A stretch of 64,000 nt of DNA from Octopus vulgaris (lineage: Eukaryota), in the NCBI GenBank assembly GCA_951406725.2, contig OX597836.1, positions 15,314,001 to 15,378,000 of the forward strand, in the 5' to 3' direction. Position 1 is the stretch's first letter, and each line of letters opens with the position of its first letter. Shown here in pieces: positions 24,664 through 36,369 of the stretch. The position numbers and the translations under genes were made by a program. Below the pieces are notes generated by a model. It did no database searches. It was not told the DNA's origin and saw only the letters and a list, made by a program, of their open reading frames with translations.

Positions 24664-27600
24664 TCATTTCTCTCTCTCCATTTTCGAAAGCAAACGATGA
24701 CTGTTCTCTTCTCTCTTCGACTGCATCTCTGCTGCCAGATTATTACGTTTGTTGATCAGGTGTTGATTGTTCTGATTGCTCTTTTTGGCGGTGCACTTCA
24801 ACGTATATTTCAGTTTGAGTATGGTATATTCGAAATGGTTCCGCTGCCGACCCCGTTGGATCAGCGTATTGGGATCTAAACTGAGGGGCTTATCGACATT
24901 CTTAACAACGTATTTTTCATAAAGAGATTTTATGCGGTTCTTCAGTTGCTGTGGATCTTGCATTCTAAAAGACACGAGGTCGTTTAAATCGGAACAGAAC
25001 CTGAGCCACAATTTTGTCTTCTGTTGTCGCTTTCTACGAACATCATCCAGCTTTTTAAAGGTGGCCGCTAATTTCAGCTTCATTTCTGCTGTATTATAGT
25101 CCGTTATGAAAAACTGCGAGGTGAAGGTTTCCAACTGGTTTCGCATACCAGCCATTTGCTTCATCGTTTTATTGATTTCCGTCTCCCTCTCTTCCACAAG
25201 CTGTCTGAGTTCGATAATCTTTTCCCATTCCAATTTACATCTCAGTTTCGTGACATCTTCATGCATCAGCTTCTGTTCGCAGAAACGCTTGTCTTCATCA
25301 GTTAATCCTTGAGATTGGAGCTTCACTCCTTTCTTTAAGATCACTATGTCGTCTTCTAGATTACTTTTAATAAGCTTTAGTTTTTCTAATTCCATCTTTA
25401 GCTTCCAGCATTCATCTTCGTTTTCTTTTAATTGTTTAGGGAAAGCTAAGAGTTTCTTCCGCAAAGTGCTACGTTCGGATTTTATTCTAGAAAAGGCACA
25501 TCTCTCGACATACAAAAGTTTTTCATATTCGACTTTTGTGGAGATGGCTTCCTTTTCGGCATCATCTTCAATCAATTTCTCTATTTTATCGCATTCTTTC
25601 TGCAGCGTCGATAAATTTTCTTCGCACTCATAAATTTTCATCTCCAAACCTTCGGCTTTCTTTTCATATTCATCTGTCAATCGTGTTTCAAAACTCACTT
25701 GCGTTAATTCCAGTTGCTGTATCTCTTGCTTTTGTTCTTTTTCTAGTTCTGTTAATTTATCTTCAAGCTCTTTTTGTTTTGCATATTCTACCATTAACTT
25801 TTCCTCATTAGTAGAACAGAGGGATTCTATTTGTGTGCAGTGACCGTTAATAATTTCACTCATTTTTTTGTCATGCCTAGATTTTTCTTTGACAATTTCT
25901 TCCTCTATAATTTCATTTTTGAGTTTCAAATTTTCAATTTCTTGACTATAATTTTCGCCTATCTCTTTTATTTTTTCGTTGAAGTCATTGTCTTCGAGTT
26001 GCAATGTGTACTCGTTTTTCTGCGAAAGTTCTTCGACACGGGATTTCAGCTTCGAAATTGAACACATTTTTTCTTTTAACTCTTCCGCCGGAAGTAAAAT
26101 TTCTTCAGACCAAATGGTACTCTGGCCATATACCGGACTCTCATCTTCATCATCATCATTAACCTTCCATATTGCAATTGAAGCATCTCTTGATGTTGAA
26201 ATTAAGTATCGATCATCAGTCATGAAAATCATGTGCGTTGTTTCGAGGCTATGACAAGGATAATCAAGCCATCTTCCCCCTGGTATTGGAGGGTACTCCA
26301 TGCTTCTTATATAACCATTATTAGTTCCTACAAATAACATTGTATTGGACCGAGACATAGCAACTGATGAGAAAAGACATTCACTCGATGGAAACGTTTG
26401 CATTAAATTCGATTTGTGGATTTCTTTCAAAGAATGATCCGAGCTAACCACATATAGTTTTTTGTACTCGGTGTTAATTGCAACATCGTTACAGGCGCAG
26501 GATTTCAAGACACACTGACCGATTAACTTCCCGGTTTTTAATTCCCAGTCATAAACTGCCCCATCCAAACCGCATGAGATTAGATTATTATCACCTATAC
26601 ACCAGGCGGTAGCTTGAACTCTGCCGGTGTGACCTTTCAGGTTGGCCAGCATTTCGAAAGTAATCGACGAGTATACCTGTATAAAGTTGTTGTTGACCGC
26701 CGCGAACATGTGGCCACCTCGACTGAAGTTGCAATGTGTACACATGCGGATGTTGATATCTCTAAACGGTCTGAAGTCGTCCCTAAGAATATACATGAAA
26801 CGTAATTTGTCGATGAAACCTGCCAGAAGAAATAGTCCCGTTGGGTGCATAGATATGCTGTATACTTCTTCTGAAAAGTCTTTAGAAAATTCTAAGGTAA
26901 ACGTTTCGCGGTTCCACAATTTTATGGAACCGTCCAGAGAGCTGGTTGCAATGAGAGGCTTCCACGAGCAGACACAACATCCAGTGATAGATTTATAATG
27001 GAAAGGCTGTACTAAAACATCAAACACAGTTACCTTATGTTTTGTTGGATGAACTGGTGTATAATACAGTTGTTTCATGTTGGTGCTAATAACGAGAGCG
27101 TCCTCCGATGGATTCACCACCATCCATTTTATAATTTGTTTACACAGATCACGGTTTACCAAAACATCTGGCGGAAGGCAAACATTCCTAACAAACTTGT
27201 AAGTATCCCAGACGTCATCTCTTTCAAAAAACTGTACACATTTCTTACCACACGCTGTAATAAATCCTTTAGAATAACTGGTAATAGCCGTTACTCCACA
27301 CGACACGACGGATTCGTCGGAAATATTCGTATATTGGAATACATTAAATTCAAGTCTTAAATCCATATCTTCGATAAACAACACTCGGCCACTGCCTGTA
27401 CCCACCAAAAGACGTTGGTTCGCATCCCAGCAATAGCATTTGAAGTCTTGAGGTACGATCTTCGGAAAATTGAATTGTTTGTTTCTGCTTCCTTCGAAGC
27501 GGAACAATTTAAGGAACTTGTCGCCAAATATATGCACGTTGAAATGTGTTCGAGGGTTGAAACTAAGGCAATAAAGAGTCTCCGGTGCCACAGAATCTGT

Positions 27601-28059
27601 CACTTTGGTCGTGAGAAGTAGTTTCGATCTTTTCCATGACCAGTAAAGTAAGGTTCGTGATGGGTCGTCACACATGGCCACAAGATATCGAGAATTAGAT
27701 GAAAAAGACAAACTAATGATCTTACAAGAATGCAATTTGTGGCAAACTAAAGTGTTCCTTTTCTGCATAGTTGACAAATCAAAAATGTTCACAGTTGGTT
27801 TCTCGGAATACAAAGCAACGGCCGAATAGGTACGGTGCGGAGATACAGCCATGGCAGTTATTTTAGTTCCTTTCTCTGATGCTATGAGTAATCGCATGGT
27901 TTTCTGTTCGGTGTTAAAAAGGACACAATAACAACCACACGTATAAAAGATAGTTCGTTCATCGAGAAAAAAAACATTGCTAGAAATATCCGAGTTGATT
28001 CCAATCAAATATTTTAAAGTCACTTTAGAGGAAGCGATTTGAGATAGTTCCCCAAACAT
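24664..28059 (-). CDS. CFAP57: Cilia- and flagella-associated protein 57 (WDR65) paralog, copy 1, intronless
   Basis: Uninterrupted ORF; first ATG at 28059 (track start 28077 is TTG). N-terminal WD40 repeats (KPLIATSSLDGSIKLWN, SISMHPTGLFLLAGF, FSRGGHMFAAV, NLKGHTGRV, LISCGLDGAVYDW) then long coiled coil (EEILL...RVEEL...NEY, RQRNHFE), the CFAP57 architecture. Confidence 0.9.
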   Translation of the reverse strand: MFGELSQIASSKVTLKYLIGINSDISSNVFFLDERTIFYTCGCYCVLFNTEQKTMRLLIASEKGTKITAMAVSPHRTYSAVALYSEKPTVNIFDLSTMQKRNTLVCHKLHSCKIISLSFSSNSRYLVAMCDDPSRTLLYWSWKRSKLLLTTKVTDSVAPETLYCLSFNPRTHFNVHIFGDKFLKLFRFEGSRNKQFNFPKIVPQDFKCYCWDANQRLLVGTGSGRVLFIEDMDLRLEFNVFQYTNISDESVVSCGVTAITSYSKGFITACGKKCVQFFERDDVWDTYKFVRNVCLPPDVLVNRDLCKQIIKWMVVNPSEDALVISTNMKQLYYTPVHPTKHKVTVFDVLVQPFHYKSITGCCVCSWKPLIATSSLDGSIKLWNRETFTLEFSKDFSEEVYSISMHPTGLFLLAGFIDKLRFMYILRDDFRPFRDINIRMCTHCNFSRGGHMFAAVNNNFIQVYSSITFEMLANLKGHTGRVQATAWCIGDNNLISCGLDGAVYDWELKTGKLIGQCVLKSCACNDVAINTEYKKLYVVSSDHSLKEIHKSNLMQTFPSSECLFSSVAMSRSNTMLFVGTNNGYIRSMEYPPIPGGRWLDYPCHSLETTHMIFMTDDRYLISTSRDASIAIWKVNDDDEDESPVYGQSTIWSEEILLPAEELKEKMCSISKLKSRVEELSQKNEYTLQLEDNDFNEKIKEIGENYSQEIENLKLKNEIIEEEIVKEKSRHDKKMSEIINGHCTQIESLCSTNEEKLMVEYAKQKELEDKLTELEKEQKQEIQQLELTQVSFETRLTDEYEKKAEGLEMKIYECEENLSTLQKECDKIEKLIEDDAEKEAISTKVEYEKLLYVERCAFSRIKSERSTLRKKLLAFPKQLKENEDECWKLKMELEKLKLIKSNLEDDIVILKKGVKLQSQGLTDEDKRFCEQKLMHEDVTKLRCKLEWEKIIELRQLVEERETEINKTMKQMAGMRNQLETFTSQFFITDYNTAEMKLKLAATFKKLDDVRRKRQQKTKLWLRFCSDLNDLVSFRMQDPQQLKNRIKSLYEKYVVKNVDKPLSLDPNTLIQRGRQRNHFEYTILKLKYTLKCTAKKSNQNNQHLINKRNNLAAEMQSKREENSHRLLSKMEREK

Positions 28060-28109
28060 ACCTGAATGCTGCTCCAAAGATAATGCTTGGTGTTGAGGCT
28101 CTTCGAGGC

Positions 28110-28132
28110 TTTAAATAGCTCCGGTCACGTGA
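28110..28132 (-). promoter_or_regulatory. E-box (TCACGTGAC) plus TATA-like TATTTAAA upstream of CFAP57 copy 1
   Basis: Same two motifs with the same spacing upstream of copy 2. Confidence 0.55.
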
Positions 28133-28203
28133 TTTGAAGGACGGCATGATTTACTATTTCCCTTTATATTACTTTCTGGATTTTACATTTTTTATTTGGC
28201 CAT

Positions 28204-28249
<46 letters not shown>

Positions 28250-28268
28250 TACACACAAACACAATGAA

Positions 28269-28333
<65 letters not shown>

Positions 28334-28494
28334 GACGGGCTTCTTTCACTTTCCGTCTGCAAAATCCACTCACAAGGCTTTGGTCGGCCCGAGGCTATAG
28401 TAGAAGACACTTGCCCAAGTTGCCACGCAGTGGGACTGAACCTAGAACCAAGTAGTTGGGAAGCAAACTTCTTACCGCACATCCACGCCTGCGC

Positions 28495-28496
<2 letters not shown>

Positions 28497-28549
<53 letters not shown>

Positions 28550-28848
28550 TATGTATGTATGTATGTACGTATGTATGTATGTATGTATGTATGTATGTAT
28601 GTATGTATGTATGTATGTATGTACGTACGTATGTACGTATGTATGTATGTACGTATGTATGTACGTACGTATGTATGTATGTACGTACGTATGTATGTAT
28701 GTACGTACGTATGTATGTACGTACGTTCGTATGTATGTACGTACGTATGTATGTATGTATGTATGTATGTACGTATGTATGTATGTACGTACGTACGTAT
28801 GTATGTATGTACGTACCTATGTATGTATGCATGCATGCATGTACGTAT
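28497..28848. repeat. (TA)n plus (TATG/TACG)n microsatellite
   Basis: Direct reading. Confidence 0.95.
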
Positions 28849-28999
28849 AAAGCATTTTGCTCGGCGTGCCAATAATTCTGCCAGCTCACTATCTTTAGAA
28901 AGATAATTATTAATATAAAAATATATAAATCCAAACAACATACGAAAACTTGGAGGAGGAAAGGAGGGTGGGTTTGCTAGACCAGTAAATTCATGTTTG

Positions 29000-31275
29000 T
29001 TGTGAACCATTGTGAGTCAACGCTTACGCTAAAGATACGAGGGCAAAGAGAAAACCAGAAGGCCGATGTTCGTAGAAGGACTGGGTGGAGGTTCTTGGTG
29101 AGTTTGGACATAACAAAAGTTATGAGAGGAGGAAATTCGGGTGTGTAGGTCATGTCTGGACAGAAGTGGCACGATCCCAGCAGTTCTGAGATAGACAAAG
29201 CAGAGAAATGAGACAGCGCCTGTGGGCAATAGCCAAGAGAATGTTAGTGGCCTTATGTTTATCAATGGGATGGTCATTTTTAGGATGGGCTGTCTTTGTG
29301 TGCCACGGCATTAGATGTGAAAACAATGCCCCACCGTTGGCTCCGCCAGAACTTTGTAGAGGATAAATTATTGTTGGAAGAGGTGGTGGTGGTGGTGGTG
29401 GGGAGATGAAGTATCTTCTGGATCGTTATGGTCTGATTTAAGTTACGTTAATGATGTTTTTAAACAGATCCTCGGTGATAGTGAAGTCCAACATTTGGAA
29501 CAATTTCGAGGTTAGGCATGTGTGGTGTGATGAAGATTTCTTAGTCTTATCTTTTCAATAGCATAGAAAACACACAAATTTGTAGCTTGCGTTTCCTTGC
29601 TGTTGAAAATGGAGTCAATGACGGTTCGACTTGTAGCATCTAGTTTTTTGTGAGTGGATGACGCATGTTTTGGAGAAGGTTAAGGAAGGACGAAATGTAA
29701 TACCTATTTCTTTATTACCCACAAGGGGCTAAACACAGAGGGGACAAACAAGGACAGACATAGGTATTAAGTCGATTACATCGACCCCAGTGCGTAACTG
29801 GTACTTAATTTATCGACCCCGAAAGGATGAAAGGCAAAGTCGACCTCGGCGGAATTTGAACTCACAACGTAGCGGCAGACGAAATACCGCTGAGCATTTC
29901 GCCCGGCGTGCTAACGATTCTGCCAGCTCACCGACCTTTGAAAAGAGTGAACATTGTTAGACGTGCCGATACAGGAGGAAGAAAATGGCGTTGTGGGGCG
30001 GGGAGGGGTAGAAGTATCGCTCTGGGGTGCGCCGAAGTTGATAGAATGAAGGTCAGAAAGGACTCTGTCAATACATGCTGCGATAGGGTGAGCTGATAGG
30101 GAGCTACCTGTCTAAGAGATGAACGACGGATGGAACCCATAGGTGGGAAGTTTCGAAAGGAGATTTGCTTGCTAGATAATGAGGAAAACTTTACTGATGC
30201 CGAAATCAACAATATGGCCTTCCCCATATTTCTTCAAGATATAGGAGAGCAAGTAACTAGCGGGTCTGTCTTCACGGAAACCGTTGTGGTGATTGTTTAG
30301 AAGGGATGGAAATTCGAGGTTTGGGTGCCAGTGTTGTTCTGGGCACCAGCACCATCCTCCAGGGTGATTCAGAGAGTGATCTAACACGAGCTATGTCGCT
30401 GGATAAAAGACGTCCGGATTTCTGAGGGTGGGTTCTCTTCTGCTGCTGATGTAGGGCTTGTTTCTCGTTTAAACAGCTTCAGCACAACTCTAAGTGTATA
30501 GATTCGGGGACTTGAGACATTGTTGATATTTTGTTGTATTCGAGATGTGAAGGGACAGACCTAAAAGGGAGTTTGTAACTTGGCTGATGGGTGGTCAGCA
30601 GGAATGATATATGAGATTATTCGGAGGTCTTGTATTGTCGTTGGGTGCGAATTTTGGAGACGTTGTGTGTGATTAGTTACAATGAAGCAATGGTCAGACG
30701 ATGCAACAGGTGTCGAGACCGTTGCAGTTCGGTAGAGATTAGGTTTAGCAGTGAGAAAAGCGACCAAGAGTGTTTGGCTTAACTGTGTGTTGATCTGGGA
30801 TACAAGTTGGAGATGAGACAAACTGATGGAAAGAGTTGAAGATTACAAAGGATTCGGCTTCTGCACCAATGACATCACCGTGAGATGTATGAGACAACCA
30901 TGAGATGTGATGTTGAAGTCACCAAGGACGATGACTTTGGGGATGGGTGAAATAAGATTTATGTCCCTAATGCAAGACTTGATTTGGTTGAAGACTAGTT
31001 GGTAGTCTGCGAAGTTCGGAAAACGCTAGAAGGACGAAATGCATTTGGGTGAGTGAAAGCGGTAGACTGCGAGTCAAAGTAACTTGAAGGCGTTGATATT
31101 TGAATCCACGAGAGAGAGAGAGAGGTAAGGAACAGGGAGAACGGAGTCTATGCAATCACAGACACCACCTTTCGTGGTGAAGTTAGAATTATAAAATATA
31201 GCCCGGACAGCTGAGATGGGTTGGAGACAGAGCTCCAGAGTGTTCTGTATTTCGGAGAGGAACACGATATTTGAT
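29000..31275 (-). mobile_element. Degenerate LINE (APE endonuclease region, CR1/L2/Jockey-like), interrupted by a SINE
   Basis: Broken frames contain IVFLSE, KGGVC, VIVLGDFN and SSDH endonuclease motifs in the right order. Confidence 0.65.
29700..29935 (-). mobile_element. SINE family B
   Basis: Full-length copy nested in the LINE relic. Confidence 0.85.
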
Positions 31276-31762
31276 TTTCCGTCTACAAAATCCACTCACA
31301 AGGCTTTGGCCGGTAAGTATTATTGATGAATGGATTTAAGTTGAGACAAAATCCAAAAATATTGGAGAGCAGGAGAGAAAATTATAGAAATGGAATTGGT
31401 GTAAAGAGATGTTTATGAGTGTTGCAGTGACATCAGTGATTAATTTAATCTCAGTACTTTACTGATGTTACATTTTATCGAGCCTGGAATATGAAAGACA
31501 AGTTTGATTTCGGCAAGATTTGAACTCAAAGTTAAGGTAACACATCCAAATCTGCAAGGCATTTCGTTTCAATGTTTACCGAATCTGCCAATCCACCGTG
31601 CCCATCACCATTTGTAATGACATCTATTTTTAATATAAGGACAGAGTACCAAAGAGTACAGCCAATAACACTGACTTTGGTATTTGACTGGTACTTTATT
31701 CTATCGACTCCTGAACGATGACATGAAATACAAATGAAATGAACGACTTCGATGAAGTTGAC

Positions 31763-31768
31763 TTTATT
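31763..31768 (-). terminator. Polyadenylation signal AATAAA of CFAP57 copy 2
   Basis: Homologous context to copies 1 and 3. Confidence 0.6.
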
Positions 31769-32081
31769 AGCAATAACAATATTATAAGAAAAGTTCTTGC
31801 TTCACAGCATGAGTTTTATCATTCAATGTAAAAAATGGACATGTGACAATATACGAATCGTTTCGTTTCATTTCGTTTGCATGATTAAAACCCAACGACC
31901 AACAAATAACATCCATTTTCATTTCTCTCACTCCATTTAAAAGACAAAAAAAAAAAAAATCTTTTCTCTCTCTTATTCCTTGCATCTTATTGCTTTTGGT
32001 TGCTAGCTGACAATTCAACAGAGATGTCTTTTAAGACAGTAAAAGACGGTTATTTTCTCCAGCGAAAACTTTCCTGGAATT

Positions 32082-35000
32082 TTATTGCTTTTGGCTGTTA
32101 GCAGACAATTCTACCGAGAGGCTTTTTAAGACTGCAAAAAACGGTTCTTTTTCTCTCTCCAACAACAACTTTCCTCGATTGTTATTGATTTTGGCTGTTA
32201 GCAGACAATTCTGTAGAGTGCACTTTTTCACGGTCGCCTTAGTCTCAATCTTCAGTTTGTGTACCATGTATTCGAAATTGTACCGCTGCCGATCCCATTT
32301 CTTATGTATGTTGGCGATTCGGTTTTTGTATGAGGCGATGATCTTTTTGATATTCTTCTGGTTGTATTTTTCACAAAGAGCTATGATGCTGCCCTTCAGT
32401 TTCTGATGATCATCTATGAAGGATATGCAGCCTATAAGGTCGGAGTAGAACGTGTGTAACACGGCCGATTTTTGGCTCAGTGTTTTACGTATTCTGTCCA
32501 GTTTTCGAGAGGTAGCCACTAGTTTCTGTTTCGTTTCCCTTGCCGAGAAGTCCACAATGTGTAACTGATGTGTGATTTTCTCCAGTTGACATTGCATAAT
32601 CTCGAATGTCGCCCTCATGGCATTGATTTCAGCTTCCCTCTCTTGTAAATGCTGTTTCAGTTCGATAATATGTTTAAATTCCAGGTCAGTTTTCAATTTC
32701 ACGATTCTTGTGTTCTCCAGCACCATATCATAGAAATGTTTCTCTTCGCCTTGTGGCTTTCGATCTCGAAGCTGCAGAACTTCCTGCAAATAATCTATCC
32801 AATTCTGCTTCTTATCTACGACAGTGTTCAATACCTCAATTCTCAGTTTGTAGTTGTCACGGTCTTCATCATGTATTTTTAGTTTTGTGGAGAAATCTAA
32901 GACCTCTTTCTTCAAAACACTATTTTCGTCTTTTAGTTTAGAAGCAAAATGTCTTTCTTGAAACAATAATCGTTCGAAATCAGTTTTTCTAGAAACGAGC
33001 TCCATTTCGGCATCAATTTCGATCAGATTCTGCATTTCTTCAAATTCTTTCTGCTGCAGTAAAATATTTTCAGTGCACTGTTCCCTTTTCTTCTCTAAAT
33101 CTACAAGCTTCCCTTCGTACTCTTCTATCAACTGGTCAAGTAGAATTTCTTGCTTTTCTTCCAGTTCTTTTATCTCTCGTTTGTTTTTCTCTTCTACTGC
33201 TATTAACATGTTTGGAATAGTCTTAACATTTTCGTCTTCTTTCAGTAACTTCTTATCGGTAATAGATTCGATTAACTGCAGATTTTGGCTCTGCTTTTCC
33301 TTAATATGTGATATTTGTTCAGTGTATTCCGCTTCTTGTTTGCTTTTATTATTCTCTAGAATTTCATTTTTGATTTTCAAATTTTCTATTTTTCTATTAT
33401 TATATTCATACATCGCATTTATTCTGTTGTTGTAGTTCAAGATTTTAAGGCGCCTTCTGTGTTCTATTTCCTTTTCAAGTTCTTCAATGCGGATTTCCAG
33501 CTTTGAAATTAGACAATTTTTTTTTTCCACATCAGATTTTGGAATTAAAATCAATTTAGGATAAACGGTACCCTGGTCGATTTTCAAACTCCCATCTTCA
33601 TCATCATTAACCTTCCATATTGCAATTGAAGCATCTCTTGATGTTGAAATTAAGTATCGATCATCAGTCGTGAAAATCATGTGCGTTATTCCGAGGCTAT
33701 GACAAGGATAATTACTCCATTTTCCAATTTGTGTTGGAGGGTACTCCAAGCTTCTTATATAACCATTATTAGTTCCTACAAATAACATTGTATTGGACCA
33801 AGACATAGCAACTGATGTGAAAAGAAACTTACTCGATGGAAACGTTTGCATTATATGCGATTTGGTTATTTCTCTCAAAGAATGATCCGAGCTTGCCACA
33901 TATAGTTTTTTGTACTCGGTGTTAATGGCGACATCGTTACAGGCGCAGGATTTCAAGACACACTTACGGATTAGCTTCTCGCTTTTTATTTCCCATTCAT
34001 AAACTGCTCCATCCAAGCCGCATGAGATTAGATTATTATCACCTATACACCAGGCGGTAGCTTGAACTTTGCCGGTGTGACCTTTCAGGTTGGCCAGCAT
34101 TTCGAAAGTAATCGACGAGTATACCTGTATAAAGTTGTTGTTGACCGCCGCGAACATGTGGCCACCTCGGCTGAAGTTGCAATGTGTACACATTTGGATG
34201 TCGATATCTCTAAACGGTTTGAAACCGTCCCTAAGAATATACATGAAACGTAATTTGTGGCTGAAACCTGCCAGAAGAAATAGTCCCGTTGGGTGCATAG
34301 ATATGCTGTATACTTCTTTTGAAAAGTTTTTAGAAAATTCTAAGGTAAACGTTTCGCGGTTCCACAATTTTATGGAACCGTCCAGAGAGCTGGTTGCAAT
34401 GAGAGGCTTCCACAAACAGACACAACATCCAGTGATAGATTTATAATGGAATGGTTGTACTAAAACCTCAAACACAGTTACTTTATGTTTTGTTGGATGA
34501 ACTGGTGTAGAATACAGTTGTTTCATGTTGGTGCTAATAACGAGAACATCCTCCGTTGGATTCATCACCATCCATTTTATAATCTGGTCGCACAGTTTGT
34601 TATTCTCCAATGTATCTGACGGTAGCAAAACATTCCTAACAAACTTGTAATTATCGTCATGAATATTGCTTTCAAAAAACTGCACAGATTTTGTACCACA
34701 CGCAGTAATAAATCCTTTAGAATAACCAACAATTGCCGTCACTCCAAGCATCCTTGCGGCATTGTTTGGAGGATTCAAATATCGGAATACGTTAAAATCA
34801 AGTTTTAAATACCTACCTTCAATACATAACACTCGACCGCTGCCCGTACCCACCAAAAGACGGTCCGCTTTCCAGGAATAGCATTTGAAATCTTGAGGTA
34901 CAATCTTAGGGAAAGTGAACTGTTTGTGCCTGTTTCCTACGAAACGGAACAATTTCAGAAGACGATTGCCAAACACATACACGTTGAGATGATCGAGAGG

Positions 35001-35486
35001 ATCAAAGCTCACATGATGAAGAGTCTTTGGTTCTCGTGAAGCCGTCACCTTGACCGAAATGGGTCCTTGCATTTTTTCCCATGACCAGTAAAGGAGGGTT
35101 GCTGATGGGTCGTCACATATGGCTACGACATATCGAGAATCAGATGAAAAAGACAAACTAACGATCGAACAAGTGTTTAATTCTTGGCAAAATAAGGTCT
35201 TCTGTTTCTGTAACCTGAATATATCAAAAATATTTACAAATGGTTTCTCGCATTTATAAGCAAAAGCTAAAAAGTTTCGATTCGGACTTAAAGCCATGGC
35301 AGTTATTTCAAATCCTTTCTCTGATACTTTGAGCATCCTCATTGTTTTGTGTTGGGTGTTATAAAAAACACAGTAACAACCACACGGATAAAGGATCGTT
35401 TGTTTGTCGAAATAAAAAACATTGTTAGAAATATCCGAACTGATTCCAATCAAATATTTTAAAATCACTTTTGAAGAGAAAGCCAT
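32082..35486 (-). CDS. CFAP57: CFAP57 (WDR65) paralog, copy 2, intronless, divergent coiled coil and altered C-terminus
   Basis: 1134-aa uninterrupted ORF with the same WD40 motifs and coiled-coil tail, colinear with copies 1 and 3. Confidence 0.88.
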   Translation of the reverse strand: MAFSSKVILKYLIGISSDISNNVFYFDKQTILYPCGCYCVFYNTQHKTMRMLKVSEKGFEITAMALSPNRNFLAFAYKCEKPFVNIFDIFRLQKQKTLFCQELNTCSIVSLSFSSDSRYVVAICDDPSATLLYWSWEKMQGPISVKVTASREPKTLHHVSFDPLDHLNVYVFGNRLLKLFRFVGNRHKQFTFPKIVPQDFKCYSWKADRLLVGTGSGRVLCIEGRYLKLDFNVFRYLNPPNNAARMLGVTAIVGYSKGFITACGTKSVQFFESNIHDDNYKFVRNVLLPSDTLENNKLCDQIIKWMVMNPTEDVLVISTNMKQLYSTPVHPTKHKVTVFEVLVQPFHYKSITGCCVCLWKPLIATSSLDGSIKLWNRETFTLEFSKNFSKEVYSISMHPTGLFLLAGFSHKLRFMYILRDGFKPFRDIDIQMCTHCNFSRGGHMFAAVNNNFIQVYSSITFEMLANLKGHTGKVQATAWCIGDNNLISCGLDGAVYEWEIKSEKLIRKCVLKSCACNDVAINTEYKKLYVASSDHSLREITKSHIMQTFPSSKFLFTSVAMSWSNTMLFVGTNNGYIRSLEYPPTQIGKWSNYPCHSLGITHMIFTTDDRYLISTSRDASIAIWKVNDDEDGSLKIDQGTVYPKLILIPKSDVEKKNCLISKLEIRIEELEKEIEHRRRLKILNYNNRINAMYEYNNRKIENLKIKNEILENNKSKQEAEYTEQISHIKEKQSQNLQLIESITDKKLLKEDENVKTIPNMLIAVEEKNKREIKELEEKQEILLDQLIEEYEGKLVDLEKKREQCTENILLQQKEFEEMQNLIEIDAEMELVSRKTDFERLLFQERHFASKLKDENSVLKKEVLDFSTKLKIHDEDRDNYKLRIEVLNTVVDKKQNWIDYLQEVLQLRDRKPQGEEKHFYDMVLENTRIVKLKTDLEFKHIIELKQHLQEREAEINAMRATFEIMQCQLEKITHQLHIVDFSARETKQKLVATSRKLDRIRKTLSQKSAVLHTFYSDLIGCISFIDDHQKLKGSIIALCEKYNQKNIKKIIASYKNRIANIHKKWDRQRYNFEYMVHKLKIETKATVKKCTLQNCLLTAKINNNRGKLLLEREKEPFFAVLKSLSVELSANSQKQ

Positions 35487-35564
35487 TCGAAAACTTTTCC
35501 CTAACTTACCTGATTGCTGTTCCTAGGACGATGTGTTATGGTGATGAAAATCCGAAAGCGAGGC

Positions 35565-35587
35565 TTTAAATAATGCTGGTCACGTGA
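35565..35587 (-). promoter_or_regulatory. E-box (TCACGTGAC) plus TATA-like TATTTAAA upstream of CFAP57 copy 2
   Basis: Conserved with copy 1. Confidence 0.55.
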
Positions 35588-35875
35588 TCCAAATGACGGC
35601 CTTTTTATACTCTTTCGTGTCTTTATTCATTCCTTACTATCTCTACTTTTTTTTCGTAATTTCGTCATACTACACACACACGCACACAAACACACATATA
35701 GAAAGAAACACACAAATATAGAAACACATACATGCAAACACACACACACGTACGCACACATTTGCATACTTGACTGCATTGCAAATGCAACAATAAAAAC
35801 CATTGTTAAACGATTCCAAAATAAAATATTATTGATTTATGCAGGTTTCAGAGGAAGAAGACTTAAATTTATCAA

Positions 35876-35985
35876 TAATTATATACTTGTAAGGTCGTTT
35901 GGACCGAACTTTTCCACCGTTGCTGACATAGGACGTAGCAACGGTGGAAGAGTTCGGTCCAAACAACCTTACATGTATATAATTA
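35876..35985. repeat. Hairpin: 49-bp arms (3 mismatches), 12-nt loop
   Basis: 35876-35924 versus 35937-35985. Confidence 0.9.
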
Positions 35986-36369
35986 CTAGCAGTATCGCCC
36001 GGCGTTGCTCGAGTTTGTAAGGGAAATAACTATAAAGCATTTTTAGAGAGTTATAGCCAAAAAATAGCAAAAAAATGGGAAAAAAATGATGGTAAATTTT
36101 TTTTGATAGTTAAAAAGGTCGAGTTGCGTCCCCTAGACCATCTGTGGTTTGTGTTTCTGATTGTCGACCCCATGTCGAATTTATCGATCTTTTTCAGAAC
36201 TGGGGGAACTTTTCAAAATTTTCGCTGCGTTAGTTTTGAATTATGACATTGGGCTATGTGTGTGTCAAGTTTCATCAGAATCGGTTGAAATCCGTGGTCA
36301 GGGTGAGGGTACAACCAAACAGACACACAGAAACACACAGAGACAAACTGCCGTTTATATATAGAGAGA
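35986..36369 (-). mobile_element. Non-autonomous Helitron with different internal sequence
   Basis: Same 3' hairpin/CTAG end, TC 5' end. Confidence 0.75.
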
